Source: a virus
Taxonomy: Duplodnaviria > Caudoviricetes
Length of the DNA stretch: 64,000 nucleotides
IMG/VR virus record: IMGVR_UViG_3300025129_000005
Direction: 5' to 3' (one strand)
The notes beneath the pieces were generated by a model. That model made no database searches. It was not told the origin of the DNA and saw nothing but the letters and a program-made list of their open reading frames with translations. How positions within the stretch are numbered: the first letter of the stretch is position 1; every line of letters begins with the position of its first letter. This document shows positions 8,264-18,231 of this stretch, in pieces. The position numbers were made by a program, and so were the translations under genes.

Positions 8264-9099
8264 TGAAAAAGTTCTACGATAAATTAAATGAGGCGACAAC
8301 TCTATCTTCCGGTGGATATACTAATCCCGGTGATGGATCTGGTATTACAGGTGATGATGATCTTCCTACTGGTACGACTGTGTTTGGTGATAAAATGGTG
8401 CCTGTTGTTGTAAATAATCGATTAACAGGTAAAACCATAAAGTATGTACCAGCCGAGGATCTAGGTCAAGGGTGGAATTATGATGAATTTGAAAATTCAT
8501 CTGGTATGGGATCAATAAAAGGGTATTCAACGACACTCTTAGGTTTAAGAGAATTATTAGGGAAAAGGTTGTTTAAACATGCCCAAAAAGAGAAACTTAA
8601 GATGCAGACTGATAAATGGGATAAGCGTTCAGGGGATCAAGATGATAGCGGTACTAATCAAACAGCAAAGATCAGTGATGATGATCCTTCAAAAATAGAA
8701 TTATCTAAGGGTGGAACTGAAAGTGAAATTAAGAATGAAAAACCCGAAACAAATGATCATTGGAGAGAAGTGCCTATGAAACATATTGGCGATTTAGACA
8801 TAATGGAGAAAATTAACAATTACTTAGGGGAACCCGAAGAGATGGTTAATGAGGTGGTTGCTGATGCGAATGACAGGAAATTATTAGCACAAGCTATCAT
8901 AAAAGGCAAGAACACAAAGATAAGTATTAAGAGTTTAGGTGTTCAGGCGATTGTGACCAATTCTGAGGCTGAAACTATTGTAACATACCAAAAAAATGAA
9001 GATTTTACTCTAATTTTAGTGGATATTGCTGATACTTTGGGCATGGAATTTAAATTAACCAAAGATGGTGGAAAACAAGCTTTCCGTTTAATAAAATAA
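8263..9099 (+). CDS. Hypothetical protein with leader-like N-terminus
   Basis: MKKFYDKLNE start; 278 aa. Confidence 0.6.
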   Translation: MKKFYDKLNEATTLSSGGYTNPGDGSGITGDDDLPTGTTVFGDKMVPVVVNNRLTGKTIKYVPAEDLGQGWNYDEFENSSGMGSIKGYSTTLLGLRELLGKRLFKHAQKEKLKMQTDKWDKRSGDQDDSGTNQTAKISDDDPSKIELSKGGTESEIKNEKPETNDHWREVPMKHIGDLDIMEKINNYLGEPEEMVNEVVADANDRKLLAQAIIKGKNTKISIKSLGVQAIVTNSEAETIVTYQKNEDFTLILVDIADTLGMEFKLTKDGGKQAFRLIK

Positions 9100-9109
9100 A
9101 ACCCTGTTA

Positions 9110-9451
9110 TCAATCGAACAGGGTTTCTTTATACCTCTGACCTTCTATGATATTGTATTCTGTCACATCAAAACCTTCAATGTTGTAATATTTGAGTCTA
9201 GTCTCTGAGTTTTTGGTTAGATTCTTCTCTGTATCGCAAATATCCCAAACAATTGCACCATTATCTTTATCTGCATGAAGTCTCAAGGTTCGTCCTATAC
9301 TCTGTAAGATTCTTATCTTACTTTTAAATGGTGATGCAAGTATTAAGTGTCTCAGTGATTTAATGTTTATTCCCTGCTGGAAAATCCCGTAAGTGGCGAT
9401 AAGAACTATTTTCTTTGCCACGAAATCCTCCTTTACTTCTGTTGGTTTCAT
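9110..9451 (-). CDS. uvsW: UvsW-like SF2 helicase, C-terminal fragment (part 3 of 3); alternative GTG start at 9421
   Basis: 'LIATYGIFQQGINIK' (motif V), 'LQSIGRTLR' (motif VI); AAAGGAGG SD before GTG 9421. Confidence 0.85.
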   Translation of the reverse strand: MKPTEVKEDFVAKKIVLIATYGIFQQGINIKSLRHLILASPFKSKIRILQSIGRTLRLHADKDNGAIVWDICDTEKNLTKNSETRLKYYNIEGFDVTEYNIIEGQRYKETLFD

Positions 9452-9468
9452 GCGTCACGTATCTCCTG

Positions 9469-10626
9469 TTATGCTAGCTTTTCCCAAGCTATATTTTGTG
9501 GACTTTTTAGTTCTTGTAAACGAACCGTGGCATTTGCACCAAATACTCTATTTGCGTATCTCAACCACAAATCCATAGTTGAGGTTTCCTTAGATCCTTT
9601 TCTTCCGATCTTCACTTTCAATACAAAACCAGTAGCTTTTTTATCAGTAATATTATATGAAATATCTTTAATTTCTAAGGGGTTGTTTGTCAGTTCTGAT
9701 CTTGAAGGAACATAATATAGACTCTTCTGTGACTGATAAAAATATGGTTTAACGGAAAAGTTTAGCAATTTTTCTATAACATGTGTGTTTGTTAATGCAT
9801 TAGATATTAGAGGCAAAACACCATTAGCAGCCGCTTCAAATACCTGCTTTGATAATGTGCTGAATTCTTGGGTATTTGCTGTTAAATGTGCCCCAAACAC
9901 AGAATGTAATTCAATATTATGCCCAACTTCGGCTAGCAATCCACTTTCTGTGTAATCTTTACTTTTGTTTTTAGCAACAACAGTATATGAATTATCCGTA
10001 TTATATCTGATATTATAGTGTGGTGACCTTTTATCGGGAACATAAATTTCTCCCTTCATACTCTTGGCTTTTGCTAGAGTTGACTTCATAACCACAGTCT
10101 TCCATTTATCATATAATCCCGTACTAACTTTATCACAATAAAATTTTATACTATCAACTCCTTTGGGGTTTTCTATACCAAGATGTGAGGGTGACAAATT
10201 AGATAATGTGATACCTTGCTTCCCTTTAATCGAAATGCCGAACGCAGAAGAACCAACAAATTCAACGTCAGCTGGATTACTATCATCACCCTTGGCATTT
10301 GTACCGCCCACCCAAAATAATTTTGGTATTGATCCGACTTTACCTGTGACTAATTTTTTTCTGGACTTTGATATTTCATAATATGTATTGAATACGTTAG
10401 CGTTATAGTTTATAGGAAGAAATTTAAGTATTTCTGAATAAACGTGATCAGGATTTTCCAATTTATTGGAATCCCACCATAAACTAGGGTCAAACTCAAG
10501 ACTGGTAGGATCAAATCCTTTTAAATTCTGAGTCTTTGTAGTATATGCTAGAAGACATGCTAATTCGGTATTGTACCGTTCGGCACCAGACTTCCCACCC
10601 TCAAGTAAATATTGTTCGAATTTCAT
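9469..10626 (-). CDS. PD-(D/E)xK-like endonuclease with leader
   Basis: 'NPADVEF...FGISIK' catalytic-like motif; MKFEQYLLE leader; overlaps methylase stop. Confidence 0.55.
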   Translation of the reverse strand: MKFEQYLLEGGKSGAERYNTELACLLAYTTKTQNLKGFDPTSLEFDPSLWWDSNKLENPDHVYSEILKFLPINYNANVFNTYYEISKSRKKLVTGKVGSIPKLFWVGGTNAKGDDSNPADVEFVGSSAFGISIKGKQGITLSNLSPSHLGIENPKGVDSIKFYCDKVSTGLYDKWKTVVMKSTLAKAKSMKGEIYVPDKRSPHYNIRYNTDNSYTVVAKNKSKDYTESGLLAEVGHNIELHSVFGAHLTANTQEFSTLSKQVFEAAANGVLPLISNALTNTHVIEKLLNFSVKPYFYQSQKSLYYVPSRSELTNNPLEIKDISYNITDKKATGFVLKVKIGRKGSKETSTMDLWLRYANRVFGANATVRLQELKSPQNIAWEKLA

Positions 10627-11447
10627 AAGTTATCTTTATTATCCTCGTATAATTGTATAAATTCCCCTATTGTAAACGTGGGGCTTATTGCAGTTGTATC
10701 ATACGAATATTTATACAATAAATGATTTAGTTTTTTTAACTTTGAAACAATAATATCACTGTCAACTTTTAAGAATATAAATTGTGTTATTGGGGTTGCA
10801 TAGCTAGATTCAATTAACTCACCTACACGATTGCTGTATCCTGTTCTACGAATAGCATAGTTAGTGTTGTTTATATCAAATTTATTCCCCTGTGGTATGA
10901 CTTGGAAATCAGATGAATGTTTTGGTAATATTATTTTCTTTCTAGGAAAAAAATCTTTTTTCCAGACCTGAATACAACATCTAGCGTTTGTACCTGATAC
11001 AAATGATCCAATATCAACATTCAATTGCTGATCCAAGTGAAATCTTGTGTCAAGCTGGTTAATTATATATGCTTTTTTAAACGATCTTGGTAGTATAAAT
11101 GCTATAGTATCACTATACTTTGCTGCATGATTAAAGAATTCGATAGCCAATTGCGCTCTGAATCCAAATGGCGGATTGCCGATGGTTAGAATTTTCTGAC
11201 CATCTTTGGGGCGCATATCAAAATCAAAGAAGTCCATTTTTTTTATAACATCATCATTTTCGGGTGCGATATCTAAGGCAATTAGCTTTGATGCATCTAT
11301 AAAATTACATATAGAACCATCACCAGCAGAGGGTTCTATTATGTGGTCATAATCATCCTGATTTATAAGGCTCACCAATTTCTTCGAAACATCAACATTT
11401 GTGTAATGTTTGTCTAGTTTTTCTTTTGTCTGTTTTTGTGTCATCAT
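10623..11447 (-). CDS. N6-adenine DNA methyltransferase
   Basis: Motif I 'IEPSAGDG', motif IV 'GNPPFG'. Confidence 0.88.
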   Translation of the reverse strand: MMTQKQTKEKLDKHYTNVDVSKKLVSLINQDDYDHIIEPSAGDGSICNFIDASKLIALDIAPENDDVIKKMDFFDFDMRPKDGQKILTIGNPPFGFRAQLAIEFFNHAAKYSDTIAFILPRSFKKAYIINQLDTRFHLDQQLNVDIGSFVSGTNARCCIQVWKKDFFPRKKIILPKHSSDFQVIPQGNKFDINNTNYAIRRTGYSNRVGELIESSYATPITQFIFLKVDSDIIVSKLKKLNHLLYKYSYDTTAISPTFTIGEFIQLYEDNKDNL

Positions 11448-11476
11448 TTATTATGTGTCACACCTTATATTCGTAA

Positions 11477-12280
11477 TCAATCTTTACTAATATTACTTGT
11501 AATCCAATCGTCAGCAATATCATCATCAATGGTGATTTCTGATGCTTTCTTGAAACTGCCATCCGTGAGAGGAATATTTTCATCAGGACTAATTTGTATC
11601 TCAGTTTCACCGAAAAAAAGTTTAATCACCTTTTCACCCTGATCATCCATACATTTACGCCATCTTTCTCTTTTTGTAGCAGAATCTTTACCACTTAAGA
11701 ACTTTATTTCATGATCTTTAAGGGTCTCATCTTCCTCTAAAACCGTCTTTAATGTTTCACCCTCATCCGACACCTTACCTACAAGAATCAACACATTACC
11801 GTCCGAATTCTTAATGATGTCCTTGATTAGACCCTGACGATATGAATTATTAAAACATATATCCTTTATTTCGTTATAATTAGCTAGACCTTGGCGATGT
11901 GAATTATCAGAGCATATATCCTTTTTTCCTGTATGACTACTTCTCGGTGGTACTTTATATTCAATATGAACCATTTTAATGAATGCTTCTGCAACGTAAC
12001 CCATCTTGGCTAATCTTGAGGCACCATATTCACGTAATACCGGACCGAGATAGGATTGAACTTGTAGACAATCCAACTGTTGAGAGGGCATTGTACCAGT
12101 AAAACCAAATCTCCATCTTGCATTAGGACACATTTGTAACAATTCATTTAATACGATTGCTTTGCAGCCATGACAATTGGATACAACTATATCATTGGCG
12201 ATATAATTGTTATTATTTTTTACATGGAGATTGTATACCTTATCAGGTTTTTCAATTTCAGTTCTTTTTACGAGTCGCAT
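11477..12280 (-). CDS. uvsW: Split-intein C-part (35 aa) fused to UvsW middle fragment (part 2 of 3)
   Basis: 'KVYNLHVKNNNNYIANDIVVSN|CHG' intein end; 'GFTGT' motif III. Confidence 0.88.
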   Translation of the reverse strand: MRLVKRTEIEKPDKVYNLHVKNNNNYIANDIVVSNCHGCKAIVLNELLQMCPNARWRFGFTGTMPSQQLDCLQVQSYLGPVLREYGASRLAKMGYVAEAFIKMVHIEYKVPPRSSHTGKKDICSDNSHRQGLANYNEIKDICFNNSYRQGLIKDIIKNSDGNVLILVGKVSDEGETLKTVLEEDETLKDHEIKFLSGKDSATKRERWRKCMDDQGEKVIKLFFGETEIQISPDENIPLTDGSFKKASEITIDDDIADDWITSNISKD

Positions 12281-13190
12281 TTAATTTCCTTGTGGTTTCT
12301 TCATCAAACACACCATCAGCGAGACGATGAATGTTATCTGTTATATATTCTTCTGTTAAAATGTCATAAGTGTATCCGTTAAGATAACACCATTCAGACA
12401 AACACTCTTCTTTGGTACGTTCTACCTTCCCATTAACTCTACACATTGGTTTTAGTTCTACAATGTGTTTTGTGTTATGATTAACAAAATCCACGATATA
12501 TATCTTATCTTTGCCTTCAATATTATACGGTATTCTCAAGGTTTCGTATTCATAATCTTGATTGAAGTGGTGAAAGAATGCTTCCCATGACGATCTATAT
12601 TTTTTATTGTTATAATATACTTGCCAATGTGTATGTGAATTATGAATATTTGGTGTAAAATCTCCATTCATAATCAACTTTTTAACAGAAACAGATTGTT
12701 TATATCTTTGCTCTTTTGTAGGTATAACACCAAATGAAGGGTTGCCTTCACCCATCCTATCACAAGAAAGTTTTAACAAACGGTCATCATCTTCTTTTGT
12801 TAGTCCTTTATTCCAAGGAGATAATCCTGTTTGTATGTCTTTATTCCAAGGGTTACCAGTGTTTAAGTTGTTACGTATCTTATCACCATGTTTGTCCTGA
12901 CAACCAAGACCGCCCTTTTTTGCAATATCATGCTTCATTTGTCTATAATATTTTTCCCTTATATTAGAGTCTATGTTATATAATAAATCAAACATGGTTA
13001 CATATGGCGATTTTAATATTCTTCTGTTAAGAGTAATTACATCGTTTCTTCTTTCAATAACAAGACCATTAGACAATACAGATTTCGTTGGGCTGTAGTT
13101 CTTTACTCTGAGTAATTGATTATTTTTTTCTAATACATCGTTTAGTTTGTTTCTATGGTTGTTATGTCTTGATATTTCGTTGTTTCTCAT
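12258..13190 (-). mobile_element. Free-standing homing-type endonuclease between the split-intein halves
   Basis: NUMOD-like 'PWNK' repeats; C-terminal 'YRSSWE...YIVDF...IVELKP' PD-(D/E)xK/TnsA-like domain. Confidence 0.75.
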
Positions 13191-13223
13191 AATACATACC
13201 CTCTTGTGATGTGAACTTATAGG

Positions 13224-13231
13224 TATTTATA
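13224..13231 (-). promoter_or_regulatory. Late promoter for the endonuclease
   Basis: TATAAATA on the minus strand, 34 nt upstream of ATG 13190. Confidence 0.5.
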
Positions 13232-13236
13232 TTTTT

Positions 13237-14190
13237 TTATTCAAACCCTATAACATCATGTTCACAAGTTAACTCATCTGCCCTGATATAACCTTTATCG
13301 GTAAGTATTTTATGATTACCTGTAACTCTTAATATTTCACCACCATCAAATTCTAACTCATACATTCTCTCGTTAGATGATATAGTCATGTTTTCGTATA
13401 CATCTTCAATTATATCTTGTTCATATTCATTAGTTTCGGTGTTATACGAAATAACGATGTCCCCTATAACCAAATCTTTTATCTTTTTATAGCCATTGTC
13501 GGTTTTTATGAGAGTATCGCCATCAACACACTCATCCACAATAACCATATCCATATGTTCCATATAGTGTTTTACATTGTTTAGTGACTGCCAAGTACTG
13601 ATAATTAAAGGGTTGTTCCATTCCTTCCACTTATCACCAACACGCCCAACAGTAGACATATCCACTCCATATTCTTTCATATCACCATAGAACTGAGTGA
13701 CCAGACCAACAGAAGGCACAATAATTATACCGTTTTTTGTTAAATTCTTTTCTTGTAGTGCTTTAACAACATATGATATCATTAAACTTTTACCACTGGC
13801 CGTTGCAGACCTGATGATGCCTTTACCTGTCTTAAGACACGCAGAGATACAATCATCTTGATAGTTATATGGTTGAAATTTTAAGTTTTTGTGATATTCG
13901 GGTTTGATTCCGACAAATAAAGACTTTACTTCGGATGAAAGTGTATAAGGTAATTCTGACCATTCTTTCTTATGATACTTAATTAACTCTAATAGTAGAC
14001 CATAAGGTATAGTCCTCTTCACGGAGTCCATAAGACCAACTTTACCATCCCAGCTTCCGCACTTATATTGTAACATAAACTTATAACCGTCAACGTAATG
14101 ACGGAAATATTCTTTTACTTCGGTGAGATATGTCCAATTTTCTGTATCGATTCTGATATGAAGAGGATCATGTAATTCTAAATTAACCAC
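13237..14190 (-). CDS. uvsW: UvsW N-terminal fragment fused to split-intein N-part (97 aa, 13530-13240) (part 1 of 3)
   Basis: 'ATASGKS' Walker A; 'VIVDE|CVDGDT' intein start; 'VTGNH' block B. Confidence 0.9.
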   Translation of the reverse strand: MVNLELHDPLHIRIDTENWTYLTEVKEYFRHYVDGYKFMLQYKCGSWDGKVGLMDSVKRTIPYGLLLELIKYHKKEWSELPYTLSSEVKSLFVGIKPEYHKNLKFQPYNYQDDCISACLKTGKGIIRSATASGKSLMISYVVKALQEKNLTKNGIIIVPSVGLVTQFYGDMKEYGVDMSTVGRVGDKWKEWNNPLIISTWQSLNNVKHYMEHMDMVIVDECVDGDTLIKTDNGYKKIKDLVIGDIVISYNTETNEYEQDIIEDVYENMTISSNERMYELEFDGGEILRVTGNHKILTDKGYIRADELTCEHDVIGFE

Positions 14191-14193
14191 TAA

Positions 14194-14676
14194 TCAATAA
14201 CCGCCTTTACCGTTCTCACAGAATAATTTCATATTCCATTGTAATTTATCCATTGCTTGCCAAATAGTCTCGAAATATTTAACCCTCATTTCCTGCTTTC
14301 TGACCAAACCTTTTAATTTTATCAGATCAGGATCTTTAGGTAAATAATATCGTTCTATTTCAGTTTTTGTTAAAGTGACCGCACCGTCTTTCAATGATAT
14401 ATATTTATCACCGATCATCTGTGCCAAACGGTCTTCGACGGTAGATAACTTGGACTGTTCTTGCAAAAATTTGAGGCGAAAGTCTTTCATGTGGAACGAT
14501 AGACGTTGTAATCTTTCTTGAATATTAAATTCATTAAAAGTAAGAAGATCATATACATTATATTCCTCTTCCAACTTTTTAAATATACTATCCTCGTTCA
14601 ATTCTTCACGTATTTTATTGAGGACTGCTTTAGTTTCCTCGTTATAAACACTTAACATGTGAGTGTAATCTGTCAT
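14194..14676 (-). CDS. UvsY-like recombination mediator
   Basis: Helical, about 160 aa, next to uvsW as in T4; 'YYLPKDPDLI...KYFE'. Confidence 0.55.
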   Translation of the reverse strand: MTDYTHMLSVYNEETKAVLNKIREELNEDSIFKKLEEEYNVYDLLTFNEFNIQERLQRLSFHMKDFRLKFLQEQSKLSTVEDRLAQMIGDKYISLKDGAVTLTKTEIERYYLPKDPDLIKLKGLVRKQEMRVKYFETIWQAMDKLQWNMKLFCENGKGGY

Positions 14677-14791
14677 ATAATAAACAAATCCTTTATTTTT
14701 TTTTTTGAAATGGACGTAAACATCAAGATTTCATTTGATCAGTGTAGCCGGGGTTACTTCCAAAAATTCCATAAGAACTATTCCATTGTCA

Positions 14792-14822
14792 TTGACACAA
14801 TGTACCATATTTAGTATAAATA
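14792..14822 (+). promoter_or_regulatory. Overlapping sigma70-like and late-type promoter upstream of helicase
   Basis: TTGACA(14792)-17-TATAAA, within TATAAATA (14815-14822). Confidence 0.55.
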
Positions 14823-14910
14823 GTAAATATAAAGTAGTGAAATAAAATGAAAAATTTTTGGGGTATAGAGGTTATAAAAGTTATGAACCTGTAAGATGAC
14901 ATAGCTGCTT

Positions 14911-16347
14911 TTGTGTGATAGTATGCTAAAAAACTGTGGAGTAAACGCTTTGTCAGAATTAACAACAGATCCCCAATATCTCGAAATGGTTATAGCTAAA
15001 GCTTTGATGGAAGACAAAGACTTTGTTGCAACCATCACTAATGTTTTTGAAGAAAATTACTTCGACTCTCCTGATGTGAAGTCTTTGTTCACTTTCACAA
15101 AAAGCTATTTCGCGGAATATAATGAGATTCCTACTCGTAGTATTGTCATAAACAGTATTCCCTTGGATTCAAGAAGTTCTCTTGAAACATACCTGAATCA
15201 CACTAATAACACTGACATAAATATTCCACAAAACCGTGATTGGTTAATGACACAGACTGATCTATATCTAAAAGACAAAGCAATTAAGGATGCGATTAGA
15301 AAATCGGTTGATGTCATTGATAGTCGTGGAGATACTCACGATATCAGGAAAATGGTCGAAGAAGCATTATGTCGATCAATAAATATTGATATCGGACTAA
15401 ACTATTTCAGGGATATAGGTCCACGACTAACACGAATGTTTACGGATGAAAACCAACGACTTAAGACCTATTTTCCGGTATTTGATGAGTTTATTAATGG
15501 GGGTTTCCCGCCTAAAACGCTAAGTGTGTTTGTTGCTAAAATCCACGGATTTAAATCAAATGTTATGGCGAATATGATAGCCCGACAGGTTTTAAATGGC
15601 AAAAACATTGCTCTTGCCTCACTTGAAATGTCCGAGGATATGTTTGCTCAACGATTCGATGGTATTTATTCATTATTAGATATAAATAGATTTTATTTCA
15701 ACCGTAGATTGAAGCAAAGATTGGTTGGAAGATTGCGTGAAATTAAAGATTTACCGGGTCGAGGCGATCTTCATATTAAAGCGTTTCCTACAGGTAAAGC
15801 GTCAGTGAATGATTTCAGGAAATGGGTTCGTGAATTGAAGATGAGGGGTGTTCAATTAGACGGGTTTTTCTTTGACTATCTTAATCTTATGGCATCTACC
15901 GAAGTCGGTAAATCAGATAATACCTACAGTTCAGTTAAAAGTATTGCAGAAGAAACTCGCGCCATGGGATTTGAGTTTGATATCCCAATGATTTCAGTAA
16001 GTCAGTTAAATCGTGCTGGTACTTTTATGAATTTTGATGATGTTGATATGAATAGCATTGCTGAGTCAATGGGTGTTCCTGCTACTGCTGATTTTATGAT
16101 GATTATGGGTTCTAATGACGAACATATGGTATACAACAACGAGGTTCATTATAAAATAGTCAAAAACCGTCTTGGGGGTAGAGTAGGTGAAATGGACAAA
16201 TTTTATTATGATGCTCGTTCAATGAAAATGTATTGTTCGTCTGAAATGGAACAATGGATGCAAGACGTAGATATTTCTGGAGATGATAGGATGATATCCC
16301 CTCAACCAGAATCGCAGCAACATCAAGGGAGAAGAAGGAGAGAATGA
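14911..16347 (+). CDS. Replicative helicase (T4 gp41/DnaB-like)
   Basis: 'FDEFINGGFPPKTL', 'SLEMSED', 'FDYLNLM', 'SQLNR', 'KNRLGG'. Confidence 0.9.
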   Translation: MCDSMLKNCGVNALSELTTDPQYLEMVIAKALMEDKDFVATITNVFEENYFDSPDVKSLFTFTKSYFAEYNEIPTRSIVINSIPLDSRSSLETYLNHTNNTDINIPQNRDWLMTQTDLYLKDKAIKDAIRKSVDVIDSRGDTHDIRKMVEEALCRSINIDIGLNYFRDIGPRLTRMFTDENQRLKTYFPVFDEFINGGFPPKTLSVFVAKIHGFKSNVMANMIARQVLNGKNIALASLEMSEDMFAQRFDGIYSLLDINRFYFNRRLKQRLVGRLREIKDLPGRGDLHIKAFPTGKASVNDFRKWVRELKMRGVQLDGFFFDYLNLMASTEVGKSDNTYSSVKSIAEETRAMGFEFDIPMISVSQLNRAGTFMNFDDVDMNSIAESMGVPATADFMMIMGSNDEHMVYNNEVHYKIVKNRLGGRVGEMDKFYYDARSMKMYCSSEMEQWMQDVDISGDDRMISPQPESQQHQGRRRRE

Positions 16348-16865
16348 TATTTGTTATAGGCATACATAAAACAGGGTTAACATCACTATCTCATGCCATG
16401 AGGGAGTTGGGTCTTGAAGGCTGGCAATATCCCCATCCAAACAATGTTAGTATGTTGAGAATGGGGCGAGTCAAGATAGATTTTGGGTGCGATTGTCCAT
16501 TTATGTATGATTACAGAAAATGGGGTGCTATGTTCCCTAATTCAAAATTTATTGTTACAACCAGAGAAGACGAAAAAGAATGGATTTCCTCAAACAGAGC
16601 GCAGCAAGAAAAGAGGAGATTTCCTTATTACAGAGATATTTATACTATGGGTTTATGGGGTCAACTTGAGTTTACAGATGAACATATGTTGAAGGTAAAA
16701 GAAAAACATTACTCAGGTATAGCGGAATACTTCAAAGGCAGACCACAAGATGTATTATATATGAATGTTATAGAACATGGTGATGGTTGGGATAAACTTT
16801 GCCCATTCATTGGGAAAGATATTCCTAATACACCATTTCCACATAGGAATAAGAGAGATGATTGA
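16344..16865 (+). CDS. Sulfotransferase-family P-loop protein
   Basis: 'VIGIHKTGLTSLSHAM..LG', 'GWDKLCPFIG'. Confidence 0.75.
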   Translation: MIFVIGIHKTGLTSLSHAMRELGLEGWQYPHPNNVSMLRMGRVKIDFGCDCPFMYDYRKWGAMFPNSKFIVTTREDEKEWISSNRAQQEKRRFPYYRDIYTMGLWGQLEFTDEHMLKVKEKHYSGIAEYFKGRPQDVLYMNVIEHGDGWDKLCPFIGKDIPNTPFPHRNKRDD

Positions 16866-17196
16866 GACATTAGAACTTGGTGAAAATTTAATAGATAATC
16901 ATATAATACCTGATTGTATTAAACGATATACAACAGACAAATTACCTATCCATCTAGCAGTACATGAGATAAATGCTAATGATAATTTTGATGTTTATTG
17001 TGATGTGCATGAACATGAAGGTGAAGATGAACTGAATATAATTTTAGGTGATGTGGAATTTGAACTATTAGTAGGGTCTGATTATCAAAGAGTTAATAGT
17101 AGAACTGCAGTTTGGATACCAGCAGGAGTACCCCACTCTGCAAACGTCACAAGAGGAACAGGTTATTTTATATGTATAAGATTCAAGAAGATTTAG
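16858..17196 (+). CDS. Cupin-domain protein
   Basis: 'HEHEGEDE...WIPAGVPHS'. Confidence 0.75.
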   Translation: MIETLELGENLIDNHIIPDCIKRYTTDKLPIHLAVHEINANDNFDVYCDVHEHEGEDELNIILGDVEFELLVGSDYQRVNSRTAVWIPAGVPHSANVTRGTGYFICIRFKKI

Positions 17197-17612
17197 AACA
17201 TTGGCAAAATCTACAACCGCCACTGTCACCGAATAGTTATGAGATTTCCCTGTATAGTGAATTAACTAGTCATGGAATCGCGGGGGGTAATGTTTTATTG
17301 TTGGGAGAAACCAAGTCATTAATGGGGTTTGCCGCAAAAACAATAGATCTTCATCCGATTCGCGGGGAATATGGCGACTGGTTTGATATACAGGGGCTTT
17401 ATAGTACAATTATAGGGGATGGTGTTATAAATCTTGCAGGGATGGAGTTAGTTGATGTGGTTAGACCTCACTGTAAACGGTTTGTAACAAGAGTTTTTAC
17501 GAAAAGATTACCCGGTATGAAATATGCCACTTATTTTCCGACAGTGTTTCCAGATTCTAGTCTAAATTTCAAGACACAAGATGGATGTAGAATGATAATT
17601 TGGGAGTTTTAA
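17112..17612 (+). CDS. Hypothetical protein (start uncertain)
   Basis: ORF fills gap in the operon. Confidence 0.5.
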   Translation: MDTSRSTPLCKRHKRNRLFYMYKIQEDLEHWQNLQPPLSPNSYEISLYSELTSHGIAGGNVLLLGETKSLMGFAAKTIDLHPIRGEYGDWFDIQGLYSTIIGDGVINLAGMELVDVVRPHCKRFVTRVFTKRLPGMKYATYFPTVFPDSSLNFKTQDGCRMIIWEF

Positions 17613-18231
17613 ATGAATATTTTATGTATGTTTTCTGGTGGACTGGATAGCACAGGAGCTTTATACTCATTGTTAACCCAATCTGAGTATAAAGATTACA
17701 ATATTCACGTGCATTCTATGGGTCTATCTAATATAGAAAACAGGAGTGGTGCAGAATTTCAGGCAACGATGAATATCAAAAAAATGGTTCATTGACAAAG
17801 GATATAAATTTAAGTTTACACGAAGTGTTCATGAATATAAATTTATGTCAAATTGTTTTATATGGGATTCTGATATATGTGCATTTATGGCAGGACAGAT
17901 CACTAGATGCTCACCAAGAAGCTACAACTATATTGTTATGGGTAGAACAAAAACAGATGATGATATGAATCACTCGAATATGACAGGTCGTATTAAGAGA
18001 GCTAGAGAGATATTCCATGCTTCTTATGGAGAATCTTCCAAACAAAAACCTGAATATCTTTATCCTGTTATAGACATGACCAAGCAGGATATATGGGATA
18101 TGTTGCCCGAGGAGTTAAGAAATTATACATGGTCGTGCAGAACACCAAAACAAAATAATAAATTTGATTGGGTGACCTGTGGGTCATGTATCACATGTAA
18201 TGATATAAAAAAGTATATAAGGAGTGATTGA
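17613..18231 (+). CDS. QueC-like PP-loop ATPase, split by a +1 frameshift in A7 at 17778-17784
   Basis: 'FSGGLDS' in first ORF; 'WSCR...CGSCITC' in second; deleting one A gives a continuous frame. Confidence 0.75.

Noticed and set aside
9110-11660. A second functional split intein at the C-terminal UvsW break
   Set aside because: No N-terminal Cys/Ser block A, block-B His missing, and no IntC (...HN/SN|C/S/T) on the downstream ORF.
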